DNA from: Octopus sinensis
Taxonomy: Eukaryota
Direction: 5' to 3'
Length of the DNA stretch: 64,000 nucleotides
Assembly (NCBI RefSeq): GCF_006345805.1
Contig: NC_043014.1
Span: forward strand, 49,662,001 to 49,726,000
A program made the position numbers and the translations under genes. The number at the start of each line of letters is the position of its first letter. Positions within the stretch are counted from its first letter, which is position 1. The notes below the pieces were generated by a model. It had not been told where the DNA came from. It worked only from the letters and a program-made list of their open reading frames with translations, and did not search any database. Below are positions 62,350-64,000 of the stretch, piece after piece.

Positions 62350-63595
62350 AAGCTATAATAGCTGACCTCAATGGGGAATGAAGCTACATGCCAGACCTTG
62401 ACAAGGGCCTCGTTGACTAAGTTCTGATATTTTCATTTCTTTACCTAGTGAGAAATAATAAGTCAGTCCTCCCAGGGTGCTGTGAGTTTGACCACAATGA
62501 TTGTTTTTGTATTTGTGGAGAGCAGGAACATGTCTGGTTGGAGTGATGTCGCCACTGTCTCCTCTGGGGAAACTAGTCTTCCTCTCGGGTCCACTTGCAT
62601 CACCCAGTCTGAGGCTGAACACAAAATAGAAAAGGAACCTCTTTCCATTGCTTTCCCCTTGGGAGCTTTGTCACCTTCCTTTAAGAATTCGATACCCTAT
62701 GGTGGTGGTGGTGGTGGTGGTGGCTGGTATTTATTAGTCCTCACCCTTTGCAGATCAATCCACTTGGCAATTTCCACAAGAACCTTGTCATGTCTTCACT
62801 TGTATTGGCCTTCTCCCAGAATTCTAGGGTATTTGGGAAGGCGGCGAGCTGGCAGAATCGTTAGCATGCCGGGCGAAATGCATAGCAGTATTTCGTCTGC
62901 CGTTACATTCTGAGTTCATAATTCCACTGAGGTTGACTTTGCCTTTCATCCTTTCGGGGTCGATAAATTAAGTACCAGTTACACACTGGGGTCGATATAA
63001 TCAACTTAATCCGTTTGTCTGTCCTTGTTTGTCCTCTCTGTATTTAGCCCATTGTGGGTAGTAAAGAAATAGGTATTTGGTCAAAATGTCCTTGAGAGTG
63101 CAAAGATTTGCTTTGCATAGCTCGCATAGATTATCCCATATTTTAAGGTTGTTTGGGGTTGGTAAGAGGTCAGCATGAAAGAGAAAGGACTATCTTCCCT
63201 TGGCAGTGCTCCAGAGTTCCAGAGTTCCTTCTAAGACAGTGAATGCTTAAGTGTCTGTCCCACTGCACCCATTGACCCTGGTGGACAAGCCCTACTGCTT
63301 CACCTGCAGTTCCTCCTCATTATGATCTCTGTCTTGCCCCTGGTATCGGTGCTTTTCCACTTCTTGGTGCTGTAATTGCCAAGTCCCAGCCATCCTTGAT
63401 TCCTTGATAGACTGCTCCAGTAATCTCCTGGTGTTTCCTGTGTGTTTCTGCTTCCTTCACAGGAGGTTTCCTTCCTCTGCTTCCTTCCTGAGGGGTTTCC
63501 ATTTTCTGTCACATTTTACGGGTCTTGTTGGTGTGACTGACTTTCTCTCCTCAGACAGCAGTAACCTGGTGATTGCTCTTGCCCTTATGAACTGA
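62350..63595 (-). pseudogene. HERO/NeSL-like (RLE-type) LINE 3' coding region, interrupted by SINE B
   Basis: DLLPTPNNLKIW..CELC....TLKDIL; Y.*RHDKVL; SLQPDMFL.S..K.IIVVKLTAPWED (PD-D/ExK-like). Confidence 0.85.
62838..63075 (+). mobile_element. SINE family B monomer with ggtatttgg TSD
   Basis: ggtatttgg at 62828-62836 and 63072-63080. Confidence 0.9.
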
Positions 63596-63599
63596 CGAA

Positions 63600-63982
63600 A
63601 TATTTACGTAAATACACCATCCAAATGTGGCTGATGCCAGCGCTACCTCGACTGGCTTCTGTGCCGGTGGCACGTAAAAAGCACCATCCAAGTGTGACCA
63701 ATGCCAGCGCTGCCTTGACTGGCTTCCGTGCCGGTGGCACGTTAAAAGCACCAACCGATCGTGGCCGCTGCCAGACTCTCCTGGCACCTGTGCCGGTGGC
63801 ACGTAAAAAGCACCCACTACACTCGTGGAGTGGTTGGCGTTAGGAAGGGCATTCAGCTGTAGAAACACTGCCAGATCAGACTGGAGCCTGGTGCAGCCTC
63901 CTGGCTTCCCAGACCCCGGTCGAACCGTCCAACCCGTGCTAGCATGGAAAGCAGACGCTAAACGATGATGATGATGATGATA
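63600..63982 (+). mobile_element. SINE family D
   Basis: Conserved body and (GAT)n tail. Confidence 0.88.
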
Positions 63983-64000
63983 TGTATGTGTGTGTGTGCA

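Overview
Repeat-saturated, AT-rich eukaryotic DNA, very probably from an octopus (coleoid cephalopod). This is inferred from the SINE families, the (TA)n/(CA)n/(AAT)n density and the LINE types. No host protein-coding gene could be identified with confidence; nearly all ORFs in the supplied track are microsatellite or SINE artefacts. The window holds about 60 copies of at least six modular tRNA-headed or (GAT)n-tailed SINE families, labelled A-G here by my own convention. LINE remnants include CR1/L2-like, RTE-BovB, RTE-X, a HERO-like RLE element and a gag-like ORF1. DNA transposon remnants include mariner, maT/DD37D-like, hAT, a 9-bp-TSD Mutator-like MITE and TTAA piggyBac-like MITEs; Penelope-like (PLE) terminal repeats are also present. 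Most notable observations: (1) three well-formed and one degenerate minimal type-I hammerhead ribozyme candidates in PLE-like repeats; (2) a full-length 5S rRNA copy fused to a SINE tail (SINE3-like), whose 3' hairpin covaries with that of a tRNA-SINE; (3) a SINE family that repeatedly forms seamless ~184-bp head-to-tail multimers and appears to target GGTA sites; (4) a structured GC-rich 187-bp tandem array. All folds and alignments were done by eye, and coordinates of degenerate repeats are approximate.
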